Shown here: piece after piece, positions 9,018 to 18,981 of the stretch
Layout of the letters: each line of letters begins with the position of its first letter
Numbering within the stretch: the first letter of the stretch is position 1
Origin: an uncultured Pelagibacteraceae bacterium
Lineage (GTDB): Bacteria; Pseudomonadota; Alphaproteobacteria; Pelagibacterales; Pelagibacteraceae
DNA: 64,000 bases
NCBI GenBank assembly: GCA_902634775.1
Contig: CACPLG010000006.1
Coordinates: 6 to 64,005 of the forward strand
Reading direction: 5' to 3'
Notes under the pieces: generated by a model
What the model saw: only the letters and a program-made list of their open reading frames with translations
What the model was told of the DNA's origin: nothing
Databases searched by the model: none
Program-made: the position numbers and the translations under genes

Positions 9018-10904
9018 TTGATTATTTCACAATTAGGATATTATTCATTAATTTTTGGCTTGTTGACATCAATATTTATTTTTTTTAATTCCTCAGTTCA
9101 ATTAAAAAATAACAACCCAATTATTTCTGATAAAATAACTGGCTTAATTGGTTTTCAGTTTTTTTTTGTTTTTATCTCTTTTATTTCTTTAATTTATTCT
9201 TTTGTAATCTCAGATTTTAGCAACGAGACAGTTTATAACAACTCCCACACGACAAAACCTCTGTTTTATAAAATTACAGGGACCTGGGGAAATCATGAAG
9301 GTAGTTTACTTTTATGGTTATTAGTACTAAGTGGAGTGTTGTTAGGATTCATTTTTAAATCTAAAAATGAACCAAGTAATTACAGACTGTTAACTACATT
9401 ATTGCATCAAATTATTGTAATCGGTTTTTTTGTCTTTGTTTTGAAAACATCAAATCCTTTTAATGAAATTTTTCCAGTTCAAACAGAAGGGCTTGGACTT
9501 AATCCTATATTACAAGATCCAGCATTAGGTATTCATCCTCCAATTTTATATTTAGGTTATGTTGGAACATCGATAATCTTTTCAGCTGCATTAGCTTCAA
9601 TGATTTCAAATTATTTAAACAAAAGCTGGGCTAAAAATATAAAGTTTTGGATTTTATTTTCTTGGATATTTCTAACAGGCGGAATTTTATTAGGCTCGGT
9701 TTGGGCGTATTATGAACTTGGCTGGGGTGGATTTTGGTTTTGGGACCCGGTTGAAAACGTATCTTTAATGCCATGGTTAAGTTTAACTGCATTGCTTCAC
9801 TGCATTGTAACTTTAGAAAAAAGAGAGCTTTTCAAAAAATGGACAATTGTTTTATGTATAATTACATTTGCATTAAGTATGGTTGGAACTTTTTTGGTAA
9901 GATCTGGAATTCTAAATTCGGTCCATACTTTTGCGAATGATCCATCTAGAGGAATTTATATATTAACATTTTTATTGGTTTTAGTTTTATTATCATTTGT
10001 AATATTTGTAATTTATGAAAATAAAAACTTTACTCAAGAGAGTGAAATTTTTACATTAAGCAAAGAAACTGCAGTTTTAATTAATAATTGGTTTATATTA
10101 TATTTCTTAAGTGTTGTTTTAATTGGTACGATTTACCCAATATTTCTTGACGTAATATTAGATGAGCAAATTTCGGTGGGGCCACCATTTTATAATAAGC
10201 TCATTTTACCTTTCCTAATTCCATTCGTTCTTTTTATGTCTATTGGTCCTAGCATGAAATGGATTAAAACAAACTTTAAGATTGGAATTAAAAGCTTTTT
10301 TGTAATCATATTTACACTGATTTTATCTTCCTTTACTATTTATTTTGTCGGAGAAAAAAATATATTCATTCTTTTATTGTTTATTGGGTTTTTTTATTTG
10401 CTTCTCAAAAGTTTAGATCAATTAAGAGAAAAAACAAAAAATTTTGCACAAATATTTTCACATACTGGATTTTCATTACTTTTAATATCAATATTATTAA
10501 ACAGTTTTTCTTCAAAAGAGATCATTAAGAATATTCAGGTTGGGGAGAGTTTTACTCTAAAAAATGAAAAGATAATTTTTAAAAAAATTGCAATAGAAAA
10601 AGAAAAAAATTATGAGTCAATTGTTGGTTTTTTTGAAATACTTGACGACAAAAATAGAATTATTAATCTTCAACCCGAGATACGAATTTATAATGAACCA
10701 GAAATAGCTACTAGTGAAGCATCAATAAAAACAACATTATTTAAAGACAGATTTATTACAATTAACATAATTAAAGATCAAAATTTTTTTAACGTAAGAT
10801 ATCAACATAAGCCTTTTATGATTTGGATCTGGATTTCAACTTTAATAATTATGCTGGGAGGGATGTTTGCAATTTTTAGAAAAAATAAAGAAGTCAATAT
10901 TTAG
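9018..10904 (+). CDS. ccmF: Cytochrome c heme lyase CcmF
   Basis: WGNHEGSLLLW, GLNPILQD, HPPILYLGY, WAYYELGWGGFWFWDPVEN, SVHTFA; TTG start. Confidence 0.96.
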   Translation: MIISQLGYYSLIFGLLTSIFIFFNSSVQLKNNNPIISDKITGLIGFQFFFVFISFISLIYSFVISDFSNETVYNNSHTTKPLFYKITGTWGNHEGSLLLWLLVLSGVLLGFIFKSKNEPSNYRLLTTLLHQIIVIGFFVFVLKTSNPFNEIFPVQTEGLGLNPILQDPALGIHPPILYLGYVGTSIIFSAALASMISNYLNKSWAKNIKFWILFSWIFLTGGILLGSVWAYYELGWGGFWFWDPVENVSLMPWLSLTALLHCIVTLEKRELFKKWTIVLCIITFALSMVGTFLVRSGILNSVHTFANDPSRGIYILTFLLVLVLLSFVIFVIYENKNFTQESEIFTLSKETAVLINNWFILYFLSVVLIGTIYPIFLDVILDEQISVGPPFYNKLILPFLIPFVLFMSIGPSMKWIKTNFKIGIKSFFVIIFTLILSSFTIYFVGEKNIFILLLFIGFFYLLLKSLDQLREKTKNFAQIFSHTGFSLLLISILLNSFSSKEIIKNIQVGESFTLKNEKIIFKKIAIEKEKNYESIVGFFEILDDKNRIINLQPEIRIYNEPEIATSEASIKTTLFKDRFITINIIKDQNFFNVRYQHKPFMIWIWISTLIIMLGGMFAIFRKNKEVNI

Positions 10905-11409
10905 TTTAATTATATTAATTCTTTTAATAATATCATTTTTTGTTTTGAAATTTGCACTTCAAAAAGAAAAAATTTATTCGCCCAAAATGAGTGAAAATCA
11001 AATTTTTACTGATTTTCAAGTTGTAGGATTAATTGAAGAAAAGCAAATAAATTTTAACGAAGCGCTTACGGGAAAAAATTTTTATTTGATAAATATTTGG
11101 TCTTCGTGGTGTGAACCTTGTAAGGATGAAAGTGAATATCTTTTAGAATTGAAAAAAAATACTCCAGTTATGATGATTGGAATAAATTATAAAGATAAAA
11201 AAAAAAATGCCTTAAACTTTTTAAAATTGTATGGAGATCCATTTGACCAAATCTTTATTGATAAGCAAGGAACGATATCAATTAATTTTGGTGCTTACGG
11301 TGTTCCAGAAACATTTTTAGTTAATGAGGATAATAAAGTGTTAAAAAAATATATAGGACCATTAAATGATGAGGATGTTTATGAAATTAAAAAAATTACT
11401 AACAATTAA
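10867..11409 (+). CDS. ccmG: Thiol:disulfide interchange protein CcmG/DsbE
   Basis: NIWSSWCEPC, GINYKD, GAYGVPETF. Confidence 0.9.
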   Translation: MQFLEKIKKSIFSLIILILLIISFFVLKFALQKEKIYSPKMSENQIFTDFQVVGLIEEKQINFNEALTGKNFYLINIWSSWCEPCKDESEYLLELKKNTPVMMIGINYKDKKKNALNFLKLYGDPFDQIFIDKQGTISINFGAYGVPETFLVNEDNKVLKKYIGPLNDEDVYEIKKITNN

Positions 11410-11770
11410 AATTTTAATAATTTTTATTTTAATTTCTTTTAATTTAAAAAATATCGCTATGGCATCAACTTTTTCTGAAGAGCAAACTATAAACATTACT
11501 AAAAATTTAAGATGTTTAATTTGCCAAGGTCAAACAATTCATGAGTCCAACTCAGATTTTGCCGAAAGTATGAAAAAATATATTAAAGGTCAATTAGAGA
11601 ACGGCAAAACCGACGAGGAAATATTTTCATCTCTTGTCGAGAAATACGGTCAGTGGATAGTATATGATCCAGGTATATCAAGAAATACCCTTTTACTGTG
11701 GGCTTTACCCTTATTGTTATTTTTAATTGGAGGTGCCATAATAGTAAAAAAAATTTTTAGAAAAATATGA
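11381..11770 (+). CDS. ccmH: Cytochrome c biogenesis protein CcmH (start uncertain, 11366-11381)
   Basis: LRCLICQGQTIHESNS (LRCxxC), YGQW, C-terminal TM segment. Confidence 0.9.
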   Translation: MKLKKLLTIKILIIFILISFNLKNIAMASTFSEEQTINITKNLRCLICQGQTIHESNSDFAESMKKYIKGQLENGKTDEEIFSSLVEKYGQWIVYDPGISRNTLLLWALPLLLFLIGGAIIVKKIFRKI

Positions 11771-12288
11771 ATAATAGAATAATTAAAACTTTGATAATTT
11801 TTTTAATACTCGTTGGATTTACAAAAAATATTAGTGCTGATGAGACAAAACCTTCTGATAGCCATCAGTTTAATTTCTTTTCAGGAGTATTTGATATCAA
11901 TACTAGTTCTAAAAAAAGTTCAGAATTATTTGGTATACAACATTCGAATGAGGATTTATTCAGGGATACCTTTTTAGGAAAGCTAAGTCCAATAACTGGG
12001 TTAATGATGACAGCGGACTCATCATCATACTTTTATACCGGAGTTCAAGCAGAATATAAAATTGGTAAATTAAATTTAGTTCCAAGTTTTGCACCTGGTT
12101 TATACACTATGGGTGATGGTAAGGATTTAGGTTCGCCTTTAGAATTTAAATCCGAACTTCAAGTATCCATAGATATTCTTCCAGGCACTAAACTGGGCTT
12201 TTCGCAAAGCCATCTATCTAATGCTGATTTAGGGGATAAAAATCCTGGGGCAGATAGTTACATGTTTAATTTCATGAAAAGTTTTTAA
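11767..12288 (+). CDS. Outer-membrane acyloxyacyl hydrolase / lipid A 3-O-deacylase (PagL-like)
   Basis: Signal peptide, GKDLGSPLEFKS, HLSNA..G.KNPG (H-x-S-N), terminal Phe. Confidence 0.75.
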   Translation: MNNRIIKTLIIFLILVGFTKNISADETKPSDSHQFNFFSGVFDINTSSKKSSELFGIQHSNEDLFRDTFLGKLSPITGLMMTADSSSYFYTGVQAEYKIGKLNLVPSFAPGLYTMGDGKDLGSPLEFKSELQVSIDILPGTKLGFSQSHLSNADLGDKNPGADSYMFNFMKSF

Positions 12289-12297
12289 AGTAGTCCT

Positions 12298-13449
12298 ATG
12301 AAACTAACAAATTGTCATAACTTTCGTGATTTTAGAAAACTAGCAAAGAAAAAGCTTCCCTCACCAATATTTCATTATATTGATGGGGCTGCAGATGACG
12401 AAATTACTTATGCTAGAAATACAAGTGCGTTTGATGATGTTGATCTTGTTCCAAATGTATTAAGGGGCGTAGAAAATGTTGATCTATCAACAACAATATT
12501 TGGAAAAAAACTTGACCTACCTTTTTATTGTTCACCAACAGCATTACAAAGACTTTTCCATTACGACGGAGAAAGAGCGGTAGGAAAGGCGGCACAAAAG
12601 TTTAATACAATGTTTGGAGTTTCAGCTTTAGCTACAGTTAGCGTAGAAGAAATATCGTCTATGATAGATACTCCTAAGATGTTTCAATTTTATTTTCATA
12701 AAGATAGAGGATTAAATACTTCATGTTTGGAAAGAGCAAAAGCTGCAAAATTTGATGTTATGGCTTTGACAGTTGATACCATAACTGGAGGAAACCGTGA
12801 AAGAGATTTAAGAACTGGTTTTACGTCTCCTCCTAAACTGACTTTATCAAGTTTATTTAGTTTTGCTACTAAACCAATGTGGGGAATTAATTACTTAACG
12901 AAAGGTAAGTTTGAATTACCCCATCTACAAGATTTTGTGAAGGAAGGCACAAGCACAAATTCTTCTATTGGAAATTATTTTTCTACCATGTTGGACCAAT
13001 CCATGAATTGGGAAGATGCAGAAAAACTATGTTCCCAATGGGGAGGTCATTTTGCATTAAAAGGAATCATGAGTGTTGAGGATGCAAAAAGAGCTGTTGA
13101 TATTGGATGCACAGGGATAATGGTTTCAAACCATGGAGGAAGACAACTTGATGGCTCAAGATCTCCTTTTGATCAACTTGCAGAAATAGTAGATGCTGTT
13201 GGAGACAAATTAGATGTCATCTGTGAGGGAGGATTTCAAAGAGGCACACATATGTTAAAAGCTTTATCTCTTGGTGCTAAAGCTTGTGCAGGAGGAAGAT
13301 TATATCTTTACGCTTTAGCTGCAGCTGGTCAAGCAGGTGTTGAAAGAGCTTTAGGACAATACAAAGCAGAGTTACAAAGAAATATGAAATTAATGGGATG
13401 TACGAAAATTTCAGATCTTAATAGAAGTAATTTAAGATTTAGAAGATAA
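12298..13449 (+). CDS. lldD: FMN-dependent alpha-hydroxy acid dehydrogenase (L-lactate dehydrogenase-like)
   Basis: FHYIDGAADDE, LTVDT...GNRERD, VSNHGGRQLD; exact substrate unproven. Confidence 0.8.
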   Translation: MKLTNCHNFRDFRKLAKKKLPSPIFHYIDGAADDEITYARNTSAFDDVDLVPNVLRGVENVDLSTTIFGKKLDLPFYCSPTALQRLFHYDGERAVGKAAQKFNTMFGVSALATVSVEEISSMIDTPKMFQFYFHKDRGLNTSCLERAKAAKFDVMALTVDTITGGNRERDLRTGFTSPPKLTLSSLFSFATKPMWGINYLTKGKFELPHLQDFVKEGTSTNSSIGNYFSTMLDQSMNWEDAEKLCSQWGGHFALKGIMSVEDAKRAVDIGCTGIMVSNHGGRQLDGSRSPFDQLAEIVDAVGDKLDVICEGGFQRGTHMLKALSLGAKACAGGRLYLYALAAAGQAGVERALGQYKAELQRNMKLMGCTKISDLNRSNLRFRR

Positions 13450-13453
13450 ATAG

Positions 13454-13482
13454 TTGAATAGTCTGAAATTAATTTATAGGAT
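13454..13482 (+). promoter_or_regulatory. Putative sigma70 promoter for the aminotransferase (likely leaderless)
   Basis: TTGAAT (13454-13459), N17, TAGGAT (13477-13482); ATG at 13492; no SD. Confidence 0.45.
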
Positions 13483-13491
13483 AATTTTTTT

Positions 13492-14655
13492 ATGAAACTA
13501 GCTAAAAGTTTAGACAGATTAGGAACCGAGTCTGCATTTACCGTTCTTGCGGAGGCAAAAAAATTGGAGGCTCAAGGTAAACCCATGATCCATTTAGGAT
13601 TAGGTCAACCAGATTTTAAAACTCCAAAACATGTTGTTGAAGCAGCCAAGAAAGCACTTGATGATGGACATCATGGATATGTAATGTCAAATGGTATTCC
13701 TGAATGTCGTCAGGCTGTCACAAGATGGATAAAAAAACGTTATAATGTTGATATTGATTTTGAAAGAATTCTCATTATGCCAGGTGGAAAACCTACAATG
13801 AGTTATGCTATCCAATGTTTTGGTGAACCAGGAGCAGAAATAATACATCCTACACCAGCATTCCCAATATATGAATCGATGATAAATTATACTGGCTCAA
13901 CATCTGTTCCTTATGATTTAACAGAGGATAAAGATTTAAAATTTAACCCAGATAAAATATTATCTTTAATTACTGACAAGACTAGACTGTTAATTTTAAT
14001 TAATCCAAACAATCCAACAGGAAGCTTTGTTGACAAAAAAGATATTGACTTTTTAGCTGATGGTCTAAAAAAATATCCTCACGTAACAATATTAAGTGAC
14101 GAGATTTATAGTAGACAAATTTTTGATAATAAAGAAATGCCATCATTTTTCCATTATCCAGAATTAAGGGAAAGATTGATAGTTTTAGAGGGATGGAGTA
14201 AAGCTTATTCAATGACAGGTTGGAGACTTGGTTGGAGTTTTTGGCCTCAAAATTTAATCCAGCATGTCAATAAATTATTAATCAATAGCGTTTCTTGTGT
14301 TAATGCTGCAGCTCAGTTTGCAGGTATTGCTGCATTAGATGGACCAGATGATTCAATCAATACAATGATGGAAAAATTTACTCAAAGGAGAGATCTAATT
14401 TATAAAGGTTTAAATGATTTACCAGGTGTTGAATGCAGCTTACCAGGCGGAGCATTTTATGCATTTCCTAAAGTAATTGGAACTGGCATGAACGGTGCTG
14501 AATTTGCAAGGAAGGCTATGCATGAAGCAGGTGTAGCAATAGTTCCTGGATCAGCTTTTGGCGAAACTTGCCAGAATTATGTTAGATTCAGTTTTGCTGC
14601 ATCAAGAGATAATATTTCACAGGCATTAGAAAACATCAAAAAAATGCTGAAATAG
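13492..14655 (+). CDS. PLP-dependent aminotransferase class I/II
   Basis: GQPDFKTP, NPNNPTG, SDEIY, GWSKAYSMTGWRLG. Confidence 0.92.
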   Translation: MKLAKSLDRLGTESAFTVLAEAKKLEAQGKPMIHLGLGQPDFKTPKHVVEAAKKALDDGHHGYVMSNGIPECRQAVTRWIKKRYNVDIDFERILIMPGGKPTMSYAIQCFGEPGAEIIHPTPAFPIYESMINYTGSTSVPYDLTEDKDLKFNPDKILSLITDKTRLLILINPNNPTGSFVDKKDIDFLADGLKKYPHVTILSDEIYSRQIFDNKEMPSFFHYPELRERLIVLEGWSKAYSMTGWRLGWSFWPQNLIQHVNKLLINSVSCVNAAAQFAGIAALDGPDDSINTMMEKFTQRRDLIYKGLNDLPGVECSLPGGAFYAFPKVIGTGMNGAEFARKAMHEAGVAIVPGSAFGETCQNYVRFSFAASRDNISQALENIKKMLK

Positions 14656-14698
14656 TTTTAATAGTATTTCCAAAAAATATTAGATAATATCAAATCTT

Positions 14699-16072
14699 AT
14701 GAATACCATTCTTAAACAAGAATTAAAAAAAATTTTGAATGGCAGATTTTCTCAATCAGAGTCTACACGCTTAAATTATTCTAGAGGAGAAGATACTTAC
14801 GATCCGATTTTATCTAAAGCAGTAGTTTTCCCAGAAACAAATGAAGAAGTTTCGAAAATACTAAAGCTTTGCAATGAATACAAAGTACCAGTCGTTCCTT
14901 TTGGTACCGGTACATCTCTTGAAGGAAATGTAGTCGGTAATGATAAAGGTATAACAATTTCATTAGAAAAAATGAATAAAGTTTTAAGTGTTAACACTCA
15001 AGATTTCGACTGTAGAGTTCAAGCATGCGTAACAAGAGAACAATTAAATGATTATTTAAGAGAGGATGGAGTTTTTTTTCCAATTGATCCTGGTGCAAAC
15101 GCTGCTATAGGAGGTATGGCTTCAACATCTGCCTCTGGAACAATGGCAGTGAAATACGGTACAATGAAAACTGTTATAACCGGTTTAACCGTAGTTCTTC
15201 CAAATGGCGAAATAATGAATACAGGAGGAAGAACAAAAAAAACTTCTGCTGGATATAATTTAACAAATTTATTTGTAGGATCAGAGGGCACTTTAGGAAT
15301 TATAACTGAAATTCAATTGAGGTTATCTCCTATTCCAGAAAGTATAATGAGTGCTGTTTGTCATTTTTCATCTTTAGAAGACGCAGTAAAAACTGCTCAA
15401 GAAGTTATTCAATATGGTATCCAAATTGCGAGAATTGAAATGCTAAATAAAGATCAAATGGAAATAAGTATTAACTATTCAAAATTGGAGGATGTTAAAG
15501 CACTCCCAACCCTATTTTTTGAATTTCATGGTTCAGAGGTATCAAATAAAGAGTCCATCAATACTGTAGAGGAATTATCTAAAAATAATAATGGAAGCTC
15601 ATTCAAGTGGGCAAAAAGTTTAGAGGAAAGAAATAAACTATGGAAAGCTAGATGGGATGTATATTACTCAGTCAAAGCTTTAATAGATAATGGCAGGGTT
15701 TATTCAACAGATGTGTGCCTACCTATTTCAAAAATAACTGAATGTGTAAAATTTGCGGAAGTAGAGGTTAAAAAATTTGGATTAAGGGCCCCAATGGTAG
15801 GTCACTTAGGAGATGGAAACTTTCATGTTTTGCTTCCCTATAATCCTGAAAAAAAAGAAACTTATGAGAAGATAAGAAAATTCAGTGATCTTTTAATTGA
15901 GAAAACATTAGAGCTAGAGGGAACAATCACTGGTGAACATGGGGTAGGATTACATAAAAAAGAGTATCTTAAAAAAGAACATGGAGATAATCTTCCAACA
16001 ATGAAATTAATTAAAAGAACCATGGATCCAAATAATATAATGAATCCTGGCAAAATTTTTGATCTAAATTAA
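14699..16072 (+). CDS. FAD-linked oxidase, D-lactate dehydrogenase / GlcD family
   Basis: FGTGTSLEG, FPIDPGA, GSEGTLG, GHLGDGNFH, GEHGVG, MNPGK. Confidence 0.88.
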   Translation: MNTILKQELKKILNGRFSQSESTRLNYSRGEDTYDPILSKAVVFPETNEEVSKILKLCNEYKVPVVPFGTGTSLEGNVVGNDKGITISLEKMNKVLSVNTQDFDCRVQACVTREQLNDYLREDGVFFPIDPGANAAIGGMASTSASGTMAVKYGTMKTVITGLTVVLPNGEIMNTGGRTKKTSAGYNLTNLFVGSEGTLGIITEIQLRLSPIPESIMSAVCHFSSLEDAVKTAQEVIQYGIQIARIEMLNKDQMEISINYSKLEDVKALPTLFFEFHGSEVSNKESINTVEELSKNNNGSSFKWAKSLEERNKLWKARWDVYYSVKALIDNGRVYSTDVCLPISKITECVKFAEVEVKKFGLRAPMVGHLGDGNFHVLLPYNPEKKETYEKIRKFSDLLIEKTLELEGTITGEHGVGLHKKEYLKKEHGDNLPTMKLIKRTMDPNNIMNPGKIFDLN

Positions 16073-16079
16073 ATCCGAA

Positions 16080-17033
16080 ATGAAAAAAATACTAGTTACT
16101 AGAAAATTACTTGAATCGAATGAGGAGAAATTAAAAAAGCTTTATGATGTGAAACTAAATTCAAATGATGAATTGTATTCTCAAAAAAAATTAATAGAGA
16201 TGAGTCTAGGTTGTGATGGTATTCTTTCTGCACTGACTGATAAATTAGACAAGGAAACTATAAATTTGTTACCAGAAAGTGTTAAAATTCTTTCCAACTT
16301 TGCAGTTGGATTCGGTAACATTGATCTTGAGGCTGCAAAAAAAAGAAATATTATCGTTACAAATACACCGGAAGTTTTGACTGATGCTACAGCAGAAATA
16401 GGCATTCTCTTAATTCTTGGTGCGTGTAGAAGAGCCTCAGAGGGAATAGAGGGAGCAAGAGCTGGAGACTGGAAGTGGTCAGCAGACTATTTGATTGGAA
16501 AACAGTTAACAGGATCAAGATTAGGTATTTTAGGTATGGGAAGAATTGGTCAAAAAATCGCTAAAATTGCAAAATCGTTAGGAATGGTTATTCATTATCA
16601 CAACAGATCAAAATTAAATTCCGAAAAAGAACAAGGAGCTATCTATCATAAAAAATTAGAAAGCTTGTTGTCTGTTTCAGATGTCCTCTCGGTTTGTTGT
16701 CCTGCTTCAAAAGAGACAATTAACTTAATCAATAAAGACAGTTTAGAGCTTTTGCCAAAAGGTGCAGTTGTTACTAATGTTGCAAGGGGAGATATTGTAG
16801 ATGATGAAGCTTTAATTGATGCTTTAAATAGAAGAAAAGTTTACGCAGTTGGATTGGATGTCTATAAAAATGAACCAAATCTAAATCCTGGTTATTTAAA
16901 GCACAAAAGTGCTTTTATTCTTCCTCACTTAGGTAGCGCCACGAAAGAAACTAGAACCGCAATGGCAAATCTAGCCATTGATAACATTAGCGAATTTTTT
17001 CAAAGTGGTTCGTGTAAAAATAAAGTAAATTAA
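16080..17033 (+). CDS. D-2-hydroxyacid dehydrogenase (glyoxylate/hydroxypyruvate reductase-like)
   Basis: VTNTPEVLTDATAE, GMGRIG, NVARG, GLDVYKNEP, PHLGSAT. Confidence 0.9.
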   Translation: MKKILVTRKLLESNEEKLKKLYDVKLNSNDELYSQKKLIEMSLGCDGILSALTDKLDKETINLLPESVKILSNFAVGFGNIDLEAAKKRNIIVTNTPEVLTDATAEIGILLILGACRRASEGIEGARAGDWKWSADYLIGKQLTGSRLGILGMGRIGQKIAKIAKSLGMVIHYHNRSKLNSEKEQGAIYHKKLESLLSVSDVLSVCCPASKETINLINKDSLELLPKGAVVTNVARGDIVDDEALIDALNRRKVYAVGLDVYKNEPNLNPGYLKHKSAFILPHLGSATKETRTAMANLAIDNISEFFQSGSCKNKVN

Positions 17034-17153
17034 TAAAATAGTACCACTTATAGTTGTAAATAAATTACCTACGCGCGAATTAACAGTAGGACTCTTTTTC
17101 ATTATTGTGTTTAAATAGTTTCAAGTTAATTAACTTAACAAGAGGAGAAAATA

Positions 17154-18308
17154 ATGATTAAAGAAAAAAAATCATTGAAGGGAAAAATTCCTTCAAGACG
17201 AAAGTTCTTTAAGGCAGCCGCAGCGACTGGTGCAGCAGCAACAGCAGCAGTAGCAATGCCAAATATTGCATTTGGAGCACCACAAACTCTAAAAATGCAA
17301 GCAGCATGGCCAAGTGGAGCTAATATCTTTTTTGAAATGGCAGGAGACTATTGCAAAATGGTTAGCGACATGTCAGGTGGATCGCTTAAAATTGATCTTC
17401 AACCTGTAGGGGCAGTTGTAAAAACAAGTGAGATCGGCCAAGCAGTAAGTTCAGGTGCTGTAGATATGGGACACTGGGTAACTGCATATTGGTATGGTAA
17501 AAACCCAGCCGCATCTTTATTTGGTACTGGACCATCTTACGGAATGTCATCTCAAGAAGTAATGGGATGGATGGAGTACGGTGGAGGAAGAAAACTGTAT
17601 GAGGAAACAATTGCAAAAGTTGGTTTCGATTATACAGGTGTTTTCCATATGCCAATGCCTGCTCAACCATTCGGTTGGTTTAAAAAGAACGTAACAAAAG
17701 TATCTGACGTTAAAGGTATGAAGTACAGAACAGTTGGTTTAGCGACTAACGTTCTTACTGCAATGGGAATGGTCGTAAGACAGTTACCAGGTGGTGAAAT
17801 TCAGCCAGCTATGAAGACTGGTTTGATTGAAGCAGCTGAGTTTAACAACCCTACTTCAGACTCTCAGTTTGGTATGCAAGATGTTTCTAAGCATTATCAC
17901 TTAGGAAGCTTCCACCAATCACAAGAGATGTTTGAAATACCAATTAACAACAAAACGTTTAATGGTCTGTCACCAGCAAACCAAGCAATATTGAAAAATG
18001 CTGCTTATGCTGCGAACACAGATAACTACTTTAAAGCATTAGTTAGATATTCAGCAGATTTATCTAAATTAATGAACCAACATAAAGTGAACGTTTACCA
18101 AACGTCTGATGAGATTTTAGCTCAACAACTAAAAGGTTGGGATAAAGTTATCGGTGATTTCACGAAGAAAGACGCTTTCTTTAAGAAAATTGTCGATTCT
18201 CAAAAAGCATACGCTAAGAGAGTAATGAAATACTTGCTGATGAATCAGCCTAATTACAAACTAGCTTATGAAAATGAGTTTGGACCAATTGGTAAAGTAA
18301 AAATATAA
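17154..18308 (+). CDS. dctP: TRAP transporter substrate-binding protein, TakP-like, Tat-exported
   Basis: Tat signal SRRKFFK, AYWYGK, QPFGWF, MKYRTVG, EAAEFNNP; strong SD (AGAGGAG) upstream. Confidence 0.88.
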   Translation: MIKEKKSLKGKIPSRRKFFKAAAATGAAATAAVAMPNIAFGAPQTLKMQAAWPSGANIFFEMAGDYCKMVSDMSGGSLKIDLQPVGAVVKTSEIGQAVSSGAVDMGHWVTAYWYGKNPAASLFGTGPSYGMSSQEVMGWMEYGGGRKLYEETIAKVGFDYTGVFHMPMPAQPFGWFKKNVTKVSDVKGMKYRTVGLATNVLTAMGMVVRQLPGGEIQPAMKTGLIEAAEFNNPTSDSQFGMQDVSKHYHLGSFHQSQEMFEIPINNKTFNGLSPANQAILKNAAYAANTDNYFKALVRYSADLSKLMNQHKVNVYQTSDEILAQQLKGWDKVIGDFTKKDAFFKKIVDSQKAYAKRVMKYLLMNQPNYKLAYENEFGPIGKVKI

Positions 18309-18327
18309 TATTAATTTTAGACAATTT

Positions 18328-18355
18328 AAGGGGGCCTTTGGCCCCCTTTTTTTTT
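18328..18355 (+). terminator. Intrinsic terminator between dctP and dctQ
   Basis: AAGGGGGCC-TTT-GGCCCCCTT running into a poly-T tract. Confidence 0.9.
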
Positions 18356-18393
18356 GTTTGATTAATACACACAAACTAACGTAAAGTGCATAA

Positions 18394-18981
18394 ATGAAAT
18401 CTTTCATAAAATTTGCAGATACTCTAAGTGCTTCAATGGGTAAGGCGTTTTCATGGTGTATTGTAATTTTAATGGGGGGAACTTGTTACGAAGTGATAAT
18501 GGCTTATGCTTTTAACAGCCCAACTTTATGGAATTTTGACTTTAGTTTGCAAATGTATGGAGCAATTTTTATGATGGCAGGTGCTTATTGTTTATCAACT
18601 GAAGCACATGTTAGAGGGGATGTTATTTACAGATTATTTCCAACAAGAGTTCAAGGTTGGATTGATTTAATTTTATATTTTATATTTTTCTTTCCAGGAA
18701 TATTAGCTTTAGTGTTTTATGGATATGAATATGCAGCGTTAGCATGGAAAATTAAAGAAACTAGCTGGAATAGTCCAGCACAAATACAAATTTATATGGC
18801 AAAATCTATAATACCTTTGTCAGGATTATTGTTAGCGATCCAAGGTATCAGCGAAGTATTTAGAGCAATCATTTGCATAAGAACAGGTCATTGGCCAGCA
18901 AGATTATCAGCAGATGCTGAGGAAACTGAAAAAGTATTAATGAGAACTTCACAAAAGGACGAAAAAGCAGATGTTATTTGA
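18394..18981 (+). CDS. dctQ: TRAP transporter small permease
   Basis: Four TM segments, HVRGDVIY motif, position in the operon. Confidence 0.9.
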   Translation: MKSFIKFADTLSASMGKAFSWCIVILMGGTCYEVIMAYAFNSPTLWNFDFSLQMYGAIFMMAGAYCLSTEAHVRGDVIYRLFPTRVQGWIDLILYFIFFFPGILALVFYGYEYAALAWKIKETSWNSPAQIQIYMAKSIIPLSGLLLAIQGISEVFRAIICIRTGHWPARLSADAEETEKVLMRTSQKDEKADVI

